NCBI GenBank assembly: GCA_965249725.1
Contig: CBDFMQ010000002.1
Coordinates: 160,001-224,000 of the forward strand
Reading direction: 5' to 3'
Source of the DNA: Longimicrobiales bacterium
GTDB taxonomy: Bacteria > Gemmatimonadota > Gemmatimonadetes > Longimicrobiales > Gaopeijiaceae
Length of the DNA: 64,000 bases
Of this stretch, positions 20,288-30,814 are shown in pieces. A program made the translations under genes and the position numbers. Every line of letters begins with the position of its first letter. Position 1 is the stretch's first letter. The notes under the pieces are model-generated. The model saw only the letters and a list, made by a program, of their open reading frames with translations. It searched no databases and was not told the DNA's origin.

Positions 20288-21450
20288 TCCCGCACGGGTG
20301 TCAGCCGGGCGCCGGTGCCTCCCGGCGGCTCCTCTTCGGCGACCACGGGCATCCGTAGCGTACCGATTCCGTCGATCGTCGCCACGATCTCCTCGCCGGG
20401 CTGCAGGAACCGCTGCTCGCCGCGAACCGCCGTCCCCATTCCGACTCCTCCGGACGTGCCGTTGTTGATCACGTCACCCGGAAAGAGCGTCACGATGGAC
20501 GAGGCGTACTCGATCACCTCATAGAGCGTGTGGATCATGTCGCCCGCGGTCGCCTCCTGCATCTGCTCGCCGCCGACGCTCAAGGTCTGCCTGAGGTTGG
20601 TCATGGGATCCCCGTAGAACTCTTTCGGCACGATCCACGGGCCCATCGGCGCGAAGGTGTCGTGTCCCTTGCCCACGAACCAATCCGATCGGAGCGGATT
20701 GCCGCCCGGGGGACGGCCTCCCCGATCCAAGATGTCGATCGAGACCATGTATCCGAAAATGTAGTCCTGCGCCTCGGGGGCGCTCACGTACTTCGCCGCG
20801 CGGCCGATCACCGTAGCCAGCTCGACTTCCCAATCGGTGCGGTCGCGACCCCAGGGGATCACCACTGCATCGCCGTTACCGATGACCGCACCTCGGGTCG
20901 GCTTCATGAAGAGGTAGGGCACCCCACGATTCTCACGTCGGGCCCTCCGCGCCTTCGCCCGCTCCTCCGGCGTGCCGGTCTCATCGACGTGGCTGTAGAA
21001 GTTGACTGCCGCGTTGAGGATCTTGCCCGGATACATGATGGGCGGAAGCGTCCGCACGTCCTCGACGTCGTGGATGAAGTCGGGGCGGGCCCCCATGGAG
21101 AGGCGCCCCTCGGCGACCAGATCGTTCACGATCTCGTAGAGTCGCGGCTGCAGCCCGTACTCGTATCGGCTGATCAACTCCAGCATGTCGGCCGGCATCG
21201 GGATCTTGGGGTACGCCGGGTCCATCTCCAACGCGGCATTGGCTGCGTCGAGGTCTACGATCAACTGGTCTCGCAACACGATCCCCACCTGTGCCGCACC
21301 TTGTATCTCGAACGTGCCGACTTTGAACGGCTCGGCGCTCGTGCGAGCCGGCCCTCCCTGGGTGGAGAGAGGCGCCGCGGTACCGAGGGCGAATAGCAGG
21401 ACGCCAAGGAGGCAGAACCCCGCCGGCTTCAGTGGGATGACATTGCGCAT
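20275..21450 (-). CDS. Fumarylacetoacetate hydrolase family protein with signal peptide
   Basis: DWEVEL, GKGHDTFAPMGPWIV, TLFPGDVI..GT; overlaps the convergent aminotransferase by 13 bp. Confidence 0.85.
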   Translation of the reverse strand: MRNVIPLKPAGFCLLGVLLFALGTAAPLSTQGGPARTSAEPFKVGTFEIQGAAQVGIVLRDQLIVDLDAANAALEMDPAYPKIPMPADMLELISRYEYGLQPRLYEIVNDLVAEGRLSMGARPDFIHDVEDVRTLPPIMYPGKILNAAVNFYSHVDETGTPEERAKARRARRENRGVPYLFMKPTRGAVIGNGDAVVIPWGRDRTDWEVELATVIGRAAKYVSAPEAQDYIFGYMVSIDILDRGGRPPGGNPLRSDWFVGKGHDTFAPMGPWIVPKEFYGDPMTNLRQTLSVGGEQMQEATAGDMIHTLYEVIEYASSIVTLFPGDVINNGTSGGVGMGTAVRGEQRFLQPGEEIVATIDGIGTLRMPVVAEEEPPGGTGARLTPVRDYRR

Positions 21451-21527
21451 TGGACTCCTCCTCATGGACGGTCTGCTCGGTTTCTCAGTCAATCGGCTGG
21501 CTCCCCCAGGCAATCCGGCCGGCTCCC

Positions 21528-23033
21528 TCAGGCGTTCGGGTCGATGTTCGCGTTGAGCCGGAACAGGTTGCCGGGGTCATACCGGTTCTTGATTCCGACC
21601 AACCGATCATAGTTGCGCCCATAGTTGGCGTGGTAGGTCGCGTCGGTTGCATCGGGGTCCCCGTCGTTGCCATAGAATCCCTTGGTGAACGGCTCGATCT
21701 CAGACCAGTATTGCCTCATCCAGGCCATGTGCGGGCTTCCGTCCTGGCCGTAGGCCCAGTCGGTGATGCCCAGCAAGTTGCCGAGGACATCTCGGTGCGA
21801 GAACGCGGTCGCGTCGTCCGCGACGCGCCCGATCGCCCCTCCACTCTGCTGATACGTGAGCACCGTCGTACGATCGGGGTGCCCTTCCATGTTTTCCACG
21901 ATTGCCGTGACTAGGTCGGCCGGGAAGTCAGTGAGGAAACCGCTCTTCAGATAACCGGCTCGGGCTCTGGGATCGTCGACGTCGCCGGAACTCTGAACGG
22001 CCACATAGTCCATGGCTTGAATAGTGTCCACCATGGGAGTGCCCAAAGCCCGGATCGGCGCGAGAACCCTCTCCGCGTCGTTCTCTCGTCCCGAATAGCG
22101 GACGCTGAAGCCGGCCATCCCCGGGCCGCCACCGGGCGGGTGAACGACCACGAAGCTCAGGTCGAGCTCGTCCGGGGCCTCCTGGCTGTAGTCCCCGAAC
22201 AGGGTGACTACGTCGTGCGCCCGGGTGATCGGGAAGAAGACGCTGCCGAAGACCACCGTGCGCTGCATGGGATGGAGCTGGAACTCGAACGACGTGACGA
22301 CCCCGAAGTTTCCACCACCACCTCGCACGCCCCAGAACAGATCCTGATTCTCTTCGGCGCTCGCATGATGGAGCTGACCATCTGCCGCCACCACGTCCAC
22401 AGACCGAAGGTTGTCGATGGACAGGCCGAAGCGGCGTCCCAGCCGCCCGAATCCGCCACCGGTCACCAGACCCCCGGCACCGGTGTGCGACACGGTTCCC
22501 ATGGTGGTGACCAGCCCGTGTGACATGGCCTCGTGATCGATCTGTCCCAGCAGGCTTCCGCCCGTGACACGGGCCGTTCGGGCCTTGGGATCCACCCGGG
22601 TGTTCCTAAAGAGAGAGAGGTCGATCATCATGCCCTTGTCGCATGTCGACTTACCCGACGCGCTGTGTCCTCCGCATTTCACCGCGACAAGCAGTTCGTT
22701 CTCTCGCGCGAAGTCGACCGCGCTCCTGATATCAGCCGTGCCCGTGACCTGCGCGATAAGCGCGGGGTGTCGATCGAAGGAGGGATTCAGAATGTGGCGA
22801 GCGTCGTCGTAGCCCTCGTCCCCACCCAGCAGCAGTGGTCCCTTCAGGCGGGCGGCCAGGTCGGCGACGTCCGCCCCCTTAAGAGTGATCTCCCGACCCA
22901 TACCCGTGATGGCATCCACATCGGGAGGCACCTGCTGATACGGGTTGTAGCGGGCCCCTAGCAGCCGTTCGGCGGGGAGGGTGGTCGCTATCGCTGCGGC
23001 GATGGAACTGCGGACGAAGGTGCGTCTCTTCAT
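21528..23033 (-). CDS. Tat-exported FAD-binding oxidoreductase (berberine bridge enzyme-like)
   Basis: MKRRTFV Tat motif; GGHS, DLFWGVRGGGGNFGVVT and KNRYDPGNLFR. Confidence 0.9.
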   Translation of the reverse strand: MKRRTFVRSSIAAAIATTLPAERLLGARYNPYQQVPPDVDAITGMGREITLKGADVADLAARLKGPLLLGGDEGYDDARHILNPSFDRHPALIAQVTGTADIRSAVDFARENELLVAVKCGGHSASGKSTCDKGMMIDLSLFRNTRVDPKARTARVTGGSLLGQIDHEAMSHGLVTTMGTVSHTGAGGLVTGGGFGRLGRRFGLSIDNLRSVDVVAADGQLHHASAEENQDLFWGVRGGGGNFGVVTSFEFQLHPMQRTVVFGSVFFPITRAHDVVTLFGDYSQEAPDELDLSFVVVHPPGGGPGMAGFSVRYSGRENDAERVLAPIRALGTPMVDTIQAMDYVAVQSSGDVDDPRARAGYLKSGFLTDFPADLVTAIVENMEGHPDRTTVLTYQQSGGAIGRVADDATAFSHRDVLGNLLGITDWAYGQDGSPHMAWMRQYWSEIEPFTKGFYGNDGDPDATDATYHANYGRNYDRLVGIKNRYDPGNLFRLNANIDPNA

Positions 23034-23198
23034 GATCAAACCCCTGGTTCGGCGGACTTGAAGTGGACGGGGCTCATGCGGCGGGCGTCCACACGACACC
23101 GTCGCGAATCTCGAGGGTAGCGGCGGGATCGTGGGCCTACATTGGGGCGAAGCGCGACGGGTCGCAACAACGCCCGTGGGCTCGTTTCCGCGTACGGC

Positions 23199-24125
23199 CT
23201 ACGGTCTGGTGAGCCTCTCGCTCAACTCCCTCAGCCTCGTCCGGGCGCCGAGGTCGTACGCCTGATCATGCGCCCGTGTCGCCTGAAGTCCTTGGAAGTA
23301 CTGACCGCTCTTGAGCGTGGGTGAGGTTACGAGTTGCAGGACCGCCTCCGCCCCTTCTCCCACGGTGCTCCTCGGCCTGAGCCCCCGCTCCAGCACCATG
23401 TCCGTGTCCATGTAGGTGGCCGGATGCAGGCTGCTCACAATGACATCGGTGCCCGCGAGCTCCTCGGCGAGATCGAGGGTGAACATGACCTGGGCGAGCT
23501 TGCTTTGAGCGTAAGCGCGTCCGTCGTCGTAACCCCGCTCCAGCATGACGTCGTCGAAGTCGATGGCTCTCTGGGCCGCCGACGCGACGTTCACGATACG
23601 CGACGGGGCGCTGTCGACGATCAACGGAAGAAGCAGGCGAGTGAGAAGGAACCCAGAAAGGTAGTTCACCTGGAAGTGCAGCTCGTGTCCGTCGCCGCTG
23701 ACCGGCCGGTTCGCGCCCTCGAGCCAGATGCCGGCGTTGTTGATGAGGACGTCGAGGCGGTCGTAGTCCCGCTGGATGGTCTCAGCGAGTTCTCGGACCT
23801 CGGCATATGAGCCGAGATCGGCTGCGTAGAAGCGGGCGCTGCCCACGCCGCCGCGTTCGATCTCATCCACCAGGGCTTCCCCGCGCTCCCGATTGCGGCC
23901 GTGTACGATTACGTGGGCACCGGTCGCCGCCAAACGGCTGGCCAGTTCTCGGCCCAACCCGCCGGTGGAGCCTGTGACGAGAATCACTTGCTGCTCCTGT
24001 TGTTCTGCCAGGTCAGTAGCCGTCGCCGCCACGGCGGCCAGCAGAGTCAGGCCTCCGACCAGGGCCGCCTGGATCCGCACGCGCGAGGTCCCGCCCACCC
24101 GCATAGCGGCGCGCCGCACGGTCAC
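23199..24125 (-). CDS. Short-chain dehydrogenase/reductase
   Basis: TGSTGGLG, NNAG and YAQSK motifs. Confidence 0.88.
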   Translation of the reverse strand: MTVRRAAMRVGGTSRVRIQAALVGGLTLLAAVAATATDLAEQQEQQVILVTGSTGGLGRELASRLAATGAHVIVHGRNRERGEALVDEIERGGVGSARFYAADLGSYAEVRELAETIQRDYDRLDVLINNAGIWLEGANRPVSGDGHELHFQVNYLSGFLLTRLLLPLIVDSAPSRIVNVASAAQRAIDFDDVMLERGYDDGRAYAQSKLAQVMFTLDLAEELAGTDVIVSSLHPATYMDTDMVLERGLRPRSTVGEGAEAVLQLVTSPTLKSGQYFQGLQATRAHDQAYDLGARTRLRELSERLTRP

Positions 24126-26402
24126 CTACCGCGACAGCAGGTACGTGAACTTCAACAGCACCTGACGGTCCCGGACCTCCGTGAGCCCGGACGGATCGCG
24201 GCGTACCTCGTCGAACACCAGGTAGATGTCGCTGCCCGGGCGGTAGATGTAGTTGAAGCGGGCGCTCGTGCTCCACTGTTCTGTCAGGGAGTTGTATTGG
24301 GTGAGCGTGCGCAACGTCATCTTCGGCGAGAGGGCGAAGTCTACTCGGATCGACCCCAGTTCCGCGACGAAATCACCGGCCGGCAGATCGACATCGTTCC
24401 GCGTGTATTTCCCTTCGGTCGACAAGCGGTCGGTCAGTCGCATGCCCAGCGTCAGGCTGACATCCGTGCGGTTGCCGTCGAAGAACGTCTGTGGCTTGTA
24501 CTGGACGCTCGTGTACAGACGACGCGACGGGTCGCTCGTCAGCCAAAACTGCCATTCGCCGAAGTTGTAGTCCCCCGGGGCGACGACCACGTCGGGGCGA
24601 AGCGCGAAGGGCTCATCGAGTCGCTCGAAGTAGTCGTTGTACCAGATGATCAGATAGGCCCCGTTGTCCATGCGGGCCCCAATCATGTTGTGGATCCGGC
24701 GGCTAAGGAGCCGGTTGTTCTGGTCGGACGTGTACGTGACGTTGACCATGGGCTCGAGCACACGGATCCCCCAGCGATCGGGCCTCGGATTCCACTCGAG
24801 GTGAACCCTCGTCTTGCGGATTCCGAGTCGGGGCACGAATCCGACCTCGGGGTTGAAGTTCTTCTGGAGATCCGAGTACTCGATGTGGGCCTGGTAGGAC
24901 TGATCGAGCCATTCGGCTCGGAAGTGCCCGCCCATATCCCTGTTCGAAACGCCCGCCGTGGACGTCTTCGCGATGAATCCGTTCATCGCCAGGTTGGGGT
25001 GCGGAGCCAGTACGAAGTCGGCCCCGAAGGTCCGATTGTAGTGGTCTCCGCTCGTCGCTTCTTTGTTGATGACGATGGCTCCCACCTTGGAGCGCGTGAG
25101 GATGCCGCGGCTGTAACGGGCCACCAGGAAGTTGTCGCCGGACGCCCCGAACGCCTCGTCCGTTTGGATGTCCATGACGGCGATGTTGTTGCGGCCCACC
25201 TTACCGGTCAGCCGGGCCCCTCCGATGATGGGGATCGCTTCGCCGGTGTCGGATAACCCGATGCGCCGGCTGAAGAACAGGTCCGCGATGCGCTGGAACG
25301 TGTTCGTCGTGCCGACGTTGAACTGTCCGGAGTTCTCGAGGAAGAATTCACGTTTCTCGGGCAGGAACAGGGCGAAGCGGGTGAGGTTGATCTGCTCGTC
25401 GTCCACTTCCGCCTGGGCGAAGTCGGTCTTGACGGTCAGGTCGAGGTTGAGTCCGGCGGTGACCCCGTACTTCACGTCGAGGCCGACATCACCCTGGCTC
25501 GAATTGTCCACGACGCCGTCCTCGGACAGGCGACGCCCACCACCGACCGCAAACGGCTTGATGCGAAGATCGAGCCCGCGGTTGAGTGACTGCAGACCCT
25601 GGAGGCTTCCCGCGAGGCTGACGCGGGTCAGCGAGTAGGCCTTCGGAATCGGTGCCCAGAACACCTGCTCGTTCTTGCGCCGGATGTTGCGCATGAAGTT
25701 GACGCCCCAGCTCTGTACTTCGCTGGCCGGGAACCGGAGCGTAACCAGGGGGATGGCGATCTCGGCTGTCCAGCCGTCGGCGGTCTGCCTCGTGGAAACG
25801 TGCCAGACCCCGTTCCAATCGCGGTTGAGGTTGGACGATAGACCGAACGTGCGCCCTTCACCTTCTTCGAAGACCTGTTGCTCGAGCTTCGCACCCAGTG
25901 GACTAGTGACGAACATGTAGCCCGAGCGAGAGTCCTCGAAGGTGTCGAGGATGATCTGGAAGTTGTCCTCGTCCAGGATCCGCGGAGAGTCGCGCCGCAT
26001 TTCGGTGGCGATGATCCCGCTCGGGCTCGAGTCGAACGCCCGAACGCCTATGTAGAGGTTGCTCTCATCATAGAGGAGGCGGACCTCGGTTCGCTCCGTG
26101 GCCACGGCACCCTCGTTGGGTTCCTGCTGCACGAACGCGTCGATGAGCGTAGCGCTGCCCCAGACCCCGTCGTTCAAGTCCCCGTCGATGTCCGGACCCT
26201 GATCCACTCGGACCGCCTGGGCTTGATAGGTGGCCTTGCTCTTCTGGGCGGCGACCGGTGCCGAAATGGCCGCGGTGAGGACGGCGGCGGTGGCGATGGC
26301 CAGGAGGGTGTGCCACAGCAGCGGAGGGACCGGCGCGTGAGCGAAGGGGGCAGCGCTTCTCGGCTGAGCTCCTCGGAGAGGAGCGGACGTGGATGTGCTC
26401 AC
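24126..26402 (-). CDS. CBM9-like/DUF5916-type outer-membrane protein
   Basis: IDGDLNDGVW, TDFAQAEVD, PEKREFFLEN, LFFSRRIG; C-terminal LLKFTYL strand. Confidence 0.75.
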   Translation of the reverse strand: MSTSTSAPLRGAQPRSAAPFAHAPVPPLLWHTLLAIATAAVLTAAISAPVAAQKSKATYQAQAVRVDQGPDIDGDLNDGVWGSATLIDAFVQQEPNEGAVATERTEVRLLYDESNLYIGVRAFDSSPSGIIATEMRRDSPRILDEDNFQIILDTFEDSRSGYMFVTSPLGAKLEQQVFEEGEGRTFGLSSNLNRDWNGVWHVSTRQTADGWTAEIAIPLVTLRFPASEVQSWGVNFMRNIRRKNEQVFWAPIPKAYSLTRVSLAGSLQGLQSLNRGLDLRIKPFAVGGGRRLSEDGVVDNSSQGDVGLDVKYGVTAGLNLDLTVKTDFAQAEVDDEQINLTRFALFLPEKREFFLENSGQFNVGTTNTFQRIADLFFSRRIGLSDTGEAIPIIGGARLTGKVGRNNIAVMDIQTDEAFGASGDNFLVARYSRGILTRSKVGAIVINKEATSGDHYNRTFGADFVLAPHPNLAMNGFIAKTSTAGVSNRDMGGHFRAEWLDQSYQAHIEYSDLQKNFNPEVGFVPRLGIRKTRVHLEWNPRPDRWGIRVLEPMVNVTYTSDQNNRLLSRRIHNMIGARMDNGAYLIIWYNDYFERLDEPFALRPDVVVAPGDYNFGEWQFWLTSDPSRRLYTSVQYKPQTFFDGNRTDVSLTLGMRLTDRLSTEGKYTRNDVDLPAGDFVAELGSIRVDFALSPKMTLRTLTQYNSLTEQWSTSARFNYIYRPGSDIYLVFDEVRRDPSGLTEVRDRQVLLKFTYLLSR

Positions 26403-26669
26403 GAGATGGGACCTCTCGGATCGTTCTGGGCTCGGACTCCATCAACCGAAAACCTCACCGATAGCGGGGTTTGGGTCAACGTCGCGCCGATCTGGAGCCG
26501 CGCCTTCAAGCCGACCCTCTCAGAGCCTCCGCATCCTCCAAGGCCTCCAGTGCGCGAGTCCACACCGCGAGGGGGATGTCGTCCTCACACGGGCGGCGAG
26601 CGGTATCAGCGGTCCCCGCCGCATACGTATGGTCGCATCCCGATCATACGTACAACCCTACCTTCAACC

Positions 26670-28289
26670 CTACCTGGTGCTCTCCCCCGAACTCCTCGCC
26701 GGCGAGCTACACTCCGGCCACTCCGCCCCGTCCGCCATCACCCGCCGATCTCTCGGCATCGGCTCCGGATCCTCCGACGCCAGATACACCAGCATCGCCG
26801 TCATCACCGCGTCATCTCGCAAATCGTCGAAGATGATTTTGTCGTATGTGTCCCGGTTCGTGTGCCACGTGTACAGCATCGTGTCCCAGCGGTTGGTCCC
26901 CATCGGTAGGTCCTCCCGCCGACCCTCTCCGACGCTGAAGCTGAACGCGGGCACGCCGGCGCACACGAAGGACGCATGGTCCGTTCCTCCCGACGAGGGG
27001 CTGCCGGGGATCTCGAGGTCCACCATATCCGCGTACTCGGTGGGTACACGCGCGAGCCAGTCTCCGAAATAGCCACCGGCGGCGGTGAACCCCTGCAGCG
27101 GGATTGATGTGACCGGGCCCGTTCCGTGGTCCGAGTTGAAGGCGGTGTGCGTGCGCTCGAGGATTTCGGGGTGGTCCTCTACGAACGCCCGTGACCCGTT
27201 CAAGCCCTGCTCCTCGCCGTTCCACAGGGCGCCAATGATGGTGCGACGGGGGTTTGGAACGGCCGCCTTCAGGATGCGCATGGCCTCCATGATGGCGACC
27301 GCGCCGGTTCCGTTGTCCAGCGTGCCGGAGCCGCCGTCCCACGAGTCGTAGTGGCCGCCGAGGATGACGAACTCCTCGGGCTGGGCGCTCCCTTGGATCC
27401 TGGCGATCGTGTTGAAGACCGGGACCTCACCGAGGAAGCGGGCCTCGGCCTCGACGCGCAGCACCGGAGACTGCCCGTTTTCCGCGAGGCGGTACACGAG
27501 CCCGTACGCCTCGCAGCTCAGGTCGAACACCGGCGCGCGCTCCGTATTTGTGCCGAAGATTTTGTTCACGCCCCAGCCCTCCGACCACTGCGAGCGGATG
27601 ACGCCCGCCGCCCCGGCGTCGTCAAGCGCCTCGGCCAGCATCCGTCGGTCGACCCCCGTGTTCTCCTCACGTGTACGCCATGCCTCGATCGCCCGCTCGC
27701 GCTCCGCGGTCATCTGCTCGAGCGTGCTAGGCCGGGCGAACCACTCGAGGTTATCCCGCGGCCGGCAACTCGTCTCCGGACGAGAGATCAGTACGAACTT
27801 GCCGCGCACCTGTGGCAGCCAAGCCTGGAACGCTGCGGGACCGTCGACGTCGGCCAGGATCACCACATCCGCTTCGACCGGGCCGTCGGTAGCGGGGCTC
27901 CAGGCGGCGGCCATTCCCTCCAGCGATCGCACCCTCGGGGACACGAGATCGATGTGGCTGATTCCTCGTTCCCAGCTCCGCCAGGTACCGTACTGCTCTT
28001 TCTCGGCTTCGATGCCCCACTCGGTGAACTTGGCCACGGACCAATCGTTGGCCCCCGCCATGGCGGGCGAGCCTGTGAGGCGCGGCCCGATCGAGTCCAT
28101 CATCACCTGTCCCAGCTCGTAGATCTGCGAGCGATCCACGCCCTCCTCCCAGAGGGCCCGGATCACCGGGTCCTCTGACGGGAAGGATTGGGCTGCTGCT
28201 GAACTACTCGTGCCGGGCTGGGCAGGGGCAGCGAGGATGGAAAGGGACGCCAACGCGCACACGAACAGGACTCGGACCGAGGGCCTCAT
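26670..28289 (-). CDS. M28-family aminopeptidase/carboxypeptidase Q-like, secreted
   Basis: GGHYDSWD, DNGTG, GEEQGL, TDHASF and WHTNRDT motifs. Confidence 0.88.
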   Translation of the reverse strand: MRPSVRVLFVCALASLSILAAPAQPGTSSSAAAQSFPSEDPVIRALWEEGVDRSQIYELGQVMMDSIGPRLTGSPAMAGANDWSVAKFTEWGIEAEKEQYGTWRSWERGISHIDLVSPRVRSLEGMAAAWSPATDGPVEADVVILADVDGPAAFQAWLPQVRGKFVLISRPETSCRPRDNLEWFARPSTLEQMTAERERAIEAWRTREENTGVDRRMLAEALDDAGAAGVIRSQWSEGWGVNKIFGTNTERAPVFDLSCEAYGLVYRLAENGQSPVLRVEAEARFLGEVPVFNTIARIQGSAQPEEFVILGGHYDSWDGGSGTLDNGTGAVAIMEAMRILKAAVPNPRRTIIGALWNGEEQGLNGSRAFVEDHPEILERTHTAFNSDHGTGPVTSIPLQGFTAAGGYFGDWLARVPTEYADMVDLEIPGSPSSGGTDHASFVCAGVPAFSFSVGEGRREDLPMGTNRWDTMLYTWHTNRDTYDKIIFDDLRDDAVMTAMLVYLASEDPEPMPRDRRVMADGAEWPECSSPARSSGESTR

Positions 28290-28477
28290 CGATGCCTCCG
28301 TGAGATGGGATTCAGCGACGCGAGCGGGGCCGATACGCGCTTTGACTCGCCTCTCACGCCGGGTGGGAAAGTAGGGGGGTTCAGAGGCGGGGAATACCTA
28401 CGCCGATTGCGCATCGACGCTCCCGCCCCGACTCTGTCGGTTCGGACTCATGTACAGCCTGAACCTTGGAGTCTCCG

Positions 28478-29242
28478 ATGCGTCTTGAAGGTCAGCGAGT
28501 GCTTGTCACCGGCGGATCCCGCAGCATCGGCCGCGGGATCGCCCTCGGATTGGCGCGCGAAGGAGCCGATGTGGCGGTCAACTTCAGGAGTAGTTCCCAG
28601 GACGCGGAGAGCGCTGTTGGAGAGATCGAAGGGGCGGGGCGCCGTGGCGTGGCCGTGCAGGGTTCCACCGACTCCGGCTCCGACGTCGAACGCTTTGTCG
28701 GTGAGGCCCACGACTACCTGGGCGGCATCGACATCCTCGTCAACAACGCCGGGATCTTGAAGCGGACGGCACTTCTCGATATCAGCGAGGAGGAGTGGGA
28801 CTCCATCCTGGACGTCAACCTGAAGGGCTACTTCCTCGTCGGTCAGGCGGTGGCGCGGCGGATGGTCGCGGACGGAACGCGAGGGGCCATCGTGAACGTG
28901 TCCTCCGCGGGTCAGGCGGTCGCAGCGCCCAACCTCACCCACTACTGTGTGGCCAAGGCGGGCGTCGACATGCTCACGAAGCAGATGGCGCTCGAGCTGG
29001 CGCCCCACAAGATCCGGGTGAACTCCATCGCTCCGGGGCTCATCGAAACGGACCTGAACCGGGCCGACATCGCTCGGGAGGACTTCCGGGAGCGCCGGCT
29101 GGCCCGCATCCCACTCAAGGAAATCGGGGTCCCGGAGGATCTGGTAGGGGCCGTGGTGTTCCTGGCGTCGAACCAAGAGGCGCGGCTGGTGACAGGCGCG
29201 TCGGTGTTCATCGACGCCGGCCAGACGATCTGGGGTGCCTGA
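28478..29242 (+). CDS. Short-chain dehydrogenase/reductase (FabG/glucose 1-dehydrogenase-like)
   Basis: TGGSRSIG, NNAG, YCVAK and IRVNSIAPG motifs. Confidence 0.9.
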   Translation: MRLEGQRVLVTGGSRSIGRGIALGLAREGADVAVNFRSSSQDAESAVGEIEGAGRRGVAVQGSTDSGSDVERFVGEAHDYLGGIDILVNNAGILKRTALLDISEEEWDSILDVNLKGYFLVGQAVARRMVADGTRGAIVNVSSAGQAVAAPNLTHYCVAKAGVDMLTKQMALELAPHKIRVNSIAPGLIETDLNRADIAREDFRERRLARIPLKEIGVPEDLVGAVVFLASNQEARLVTGASVFIDAGQTIWGA

Positions 29243-30296
29243 GGGTCGAAGGTCGGCGGACCCGGGGATCGCCTCGGGCCGCATCGGTCGGTTGTTCACG
29301 ATGCTAGCGGTGGCCGCGCTCCCGGTCCTCGCCTGTGGGGGACCGGACAGTGTGTCCGAGTCCGCCACCTGGAAGGTGCGCCTCTCTCACGTGCTCTCCA
29401 GTAGCTCCGAGCTCCACCTCATGGCCGAGCGCTTTCGGGACCTCATGCTCGAGCGTACCGACGGCCGGTTCCGGGTCAGCATCTATCCCTCGGGACAGCT
29501 CGGCGGTGAGCGGGTTGCGTTCGAGCAGATCCAGGTCGGTGCGGTGCACATGGCCATCTCCGGGACTCCCGTGCTCTCGGGCTGGGTCCCCGAGGGGCAG
29601 ATGTTCGACCTGCCGTTCCTCTTCGAGAGTCGCGACCATGGCCTCGCCGTCATGAACGGCCCGATCGGCGACTGGTGGCGGGATCTGCTGCTGGAGCGCA
29701 CCGGAGTCCGATCTCTCGGATTCCTCGATTACGGCTTCCGGAACGTCTACAACAAGCGGCGGGCCGTCGACGTGCCCGCAGACCTGGACGGGCTCAAGCT
29801 CCGGGTCCTACAGAACGCCACGTACCTGGCGGCCTACTCGGCGCTGGGCGTTCAGGCGACGCCCATGAACTACGGAGAGGTCTACTCCGCACTCCAACAG
29901 GGTGTGATCGACGGTGGGGAGGCCAACCCGATCGGCTTCGTGAGCAGCCGGCTCTACGAGGTGGCCAAGTTCTACAGCTTCACGTCCATCACGTACAACC
30001 CGATCACGTTCCTCGTGAACGAGCCGTTCTACCGGTCGCTTCCGGGTGACATCAGGGCCGCCATCGATGAGTCGGCCGTGGAGGCCCTCGCCTACCAGAG
30101 CGAGGTCGCTCGCCGGATGGAAGCGGAGGCGCTGGAGCAGATGCGGGCCAACGAGGTGGAGATCTCGCGTCCGAATGTCGCGCCATTCGCGCCTTCGGTG
30201 CGACCGCGCGTTTGGGACGAGCTGGCGGCCCGGCTACCCGACGGGGAGGCCTTGATCGCGCGGCTGGTGGACGAGGTGGGGAGGGCGAGGCCGTGA
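29235..30296 (+). CDS. dctP: TRAP transporter solute-binding subunit
   Basis: YPSGQLGGE, DLPFLF, DLDGLKLRV, EVYSALQQGVIDG; start may lie downstream. Confidence 0.88.
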   Translation: MPEGRRSADPGIASGRIGRLFTMLAVAALPVLACGGPDSVSESATWKVRLSHVLSSSSELHLMAERFRDLMLERTDGRFRVSIYPSGQLGGERVAFEQIQVGAVHMAISGTPVLSGWVPEGQMFDLPFLFESRDHGLAVMNGPIGDWWRDLLLERTGVRSLGFLDYGFRNVYNKRRAVDVPADLDGLKLRVLQNATYLAAYSALGVQATPMNYGEVYSALQQGVIDGGEANPIGFVSSRLYEVAKFYSFTSITYNPITFLVNEPFYRSLPGDIRAAIDESAVEALAYQSEVARRMEAEALEQMRANEVEISRPNVAPFAPSVRPRVWDELAARLPDGEALIARLVDEVGRARP

Positions 30297-30814
30297 TGGG
30301 GACTGCGCTTCGCAACCAGATCAAGGCGCTGAACCGCCGCCTGGTCGCTCTCGAGACCCTCGCTGCGGGAGGGCTCATCGTGACCGTGTGCGCCGTCGTG
30401 CTCCTTCAGGTCGGCATGCGCTACCTCTTCGCCTACCCCAACCCCTGGAGCGAAGAGGTGTCACGCTTCTGCTTCATTTGGGTGTCGATGCTGGGTGCGT
30501 CACTGGCGGTGGAGTACGGGGCCCACTTCGGCTTCGACCAGGTCACCAAGGGACTGTCTCCGAGAGCGAAGCCCGCCGTGGAGGCGTTTGCCGCGACGGT
30601 CGTGTTCCTGTTTTCTCTCGTCCTCGTCGCGACGGGCGTCTCCCTCATGGCGCTCACGATGGGTGAGCGATCATCGGCGTTGAATCTGCCGGTCGCGTGG
30701 GTATACGTCGCCGTGCCCGTGTCGGGGGCTTTGATGGTGGTCCACCTGTTGGCCGGGGCGGGGCGGCCGAAGGCGCTCGAAGACCAGGGGTCGTCCCCCG
30801 AGGCCATCGAATGA
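30296..30814 (+). CDS. dctQ: TRAP transporter small permease
   Basis: WSEEVSRFCFIW..LGA; four hydrophobic segments; lies between dctP and dctM. Confidence 0.85.
   Translation: MGTALRNQIKALNRRLVALETLAAGGLIVTVCAVVLLQVGMRYLFAYPNPWSEEVSRFCFIWVSMLGASLAVEYGAHFGFDQVTKGLSPRAKPAVEAFAATVVFLFSLVLVATGVSLMALTMGERSSALNLPVAWVYVAVPVSGALMVVHLLAGAGRPKALEDQGSSPEAIE

Noticed and set aside
26651..26674. Short CAACCCTACC duplication
   Set aside because: Only two copies at a gene end, with no further structure
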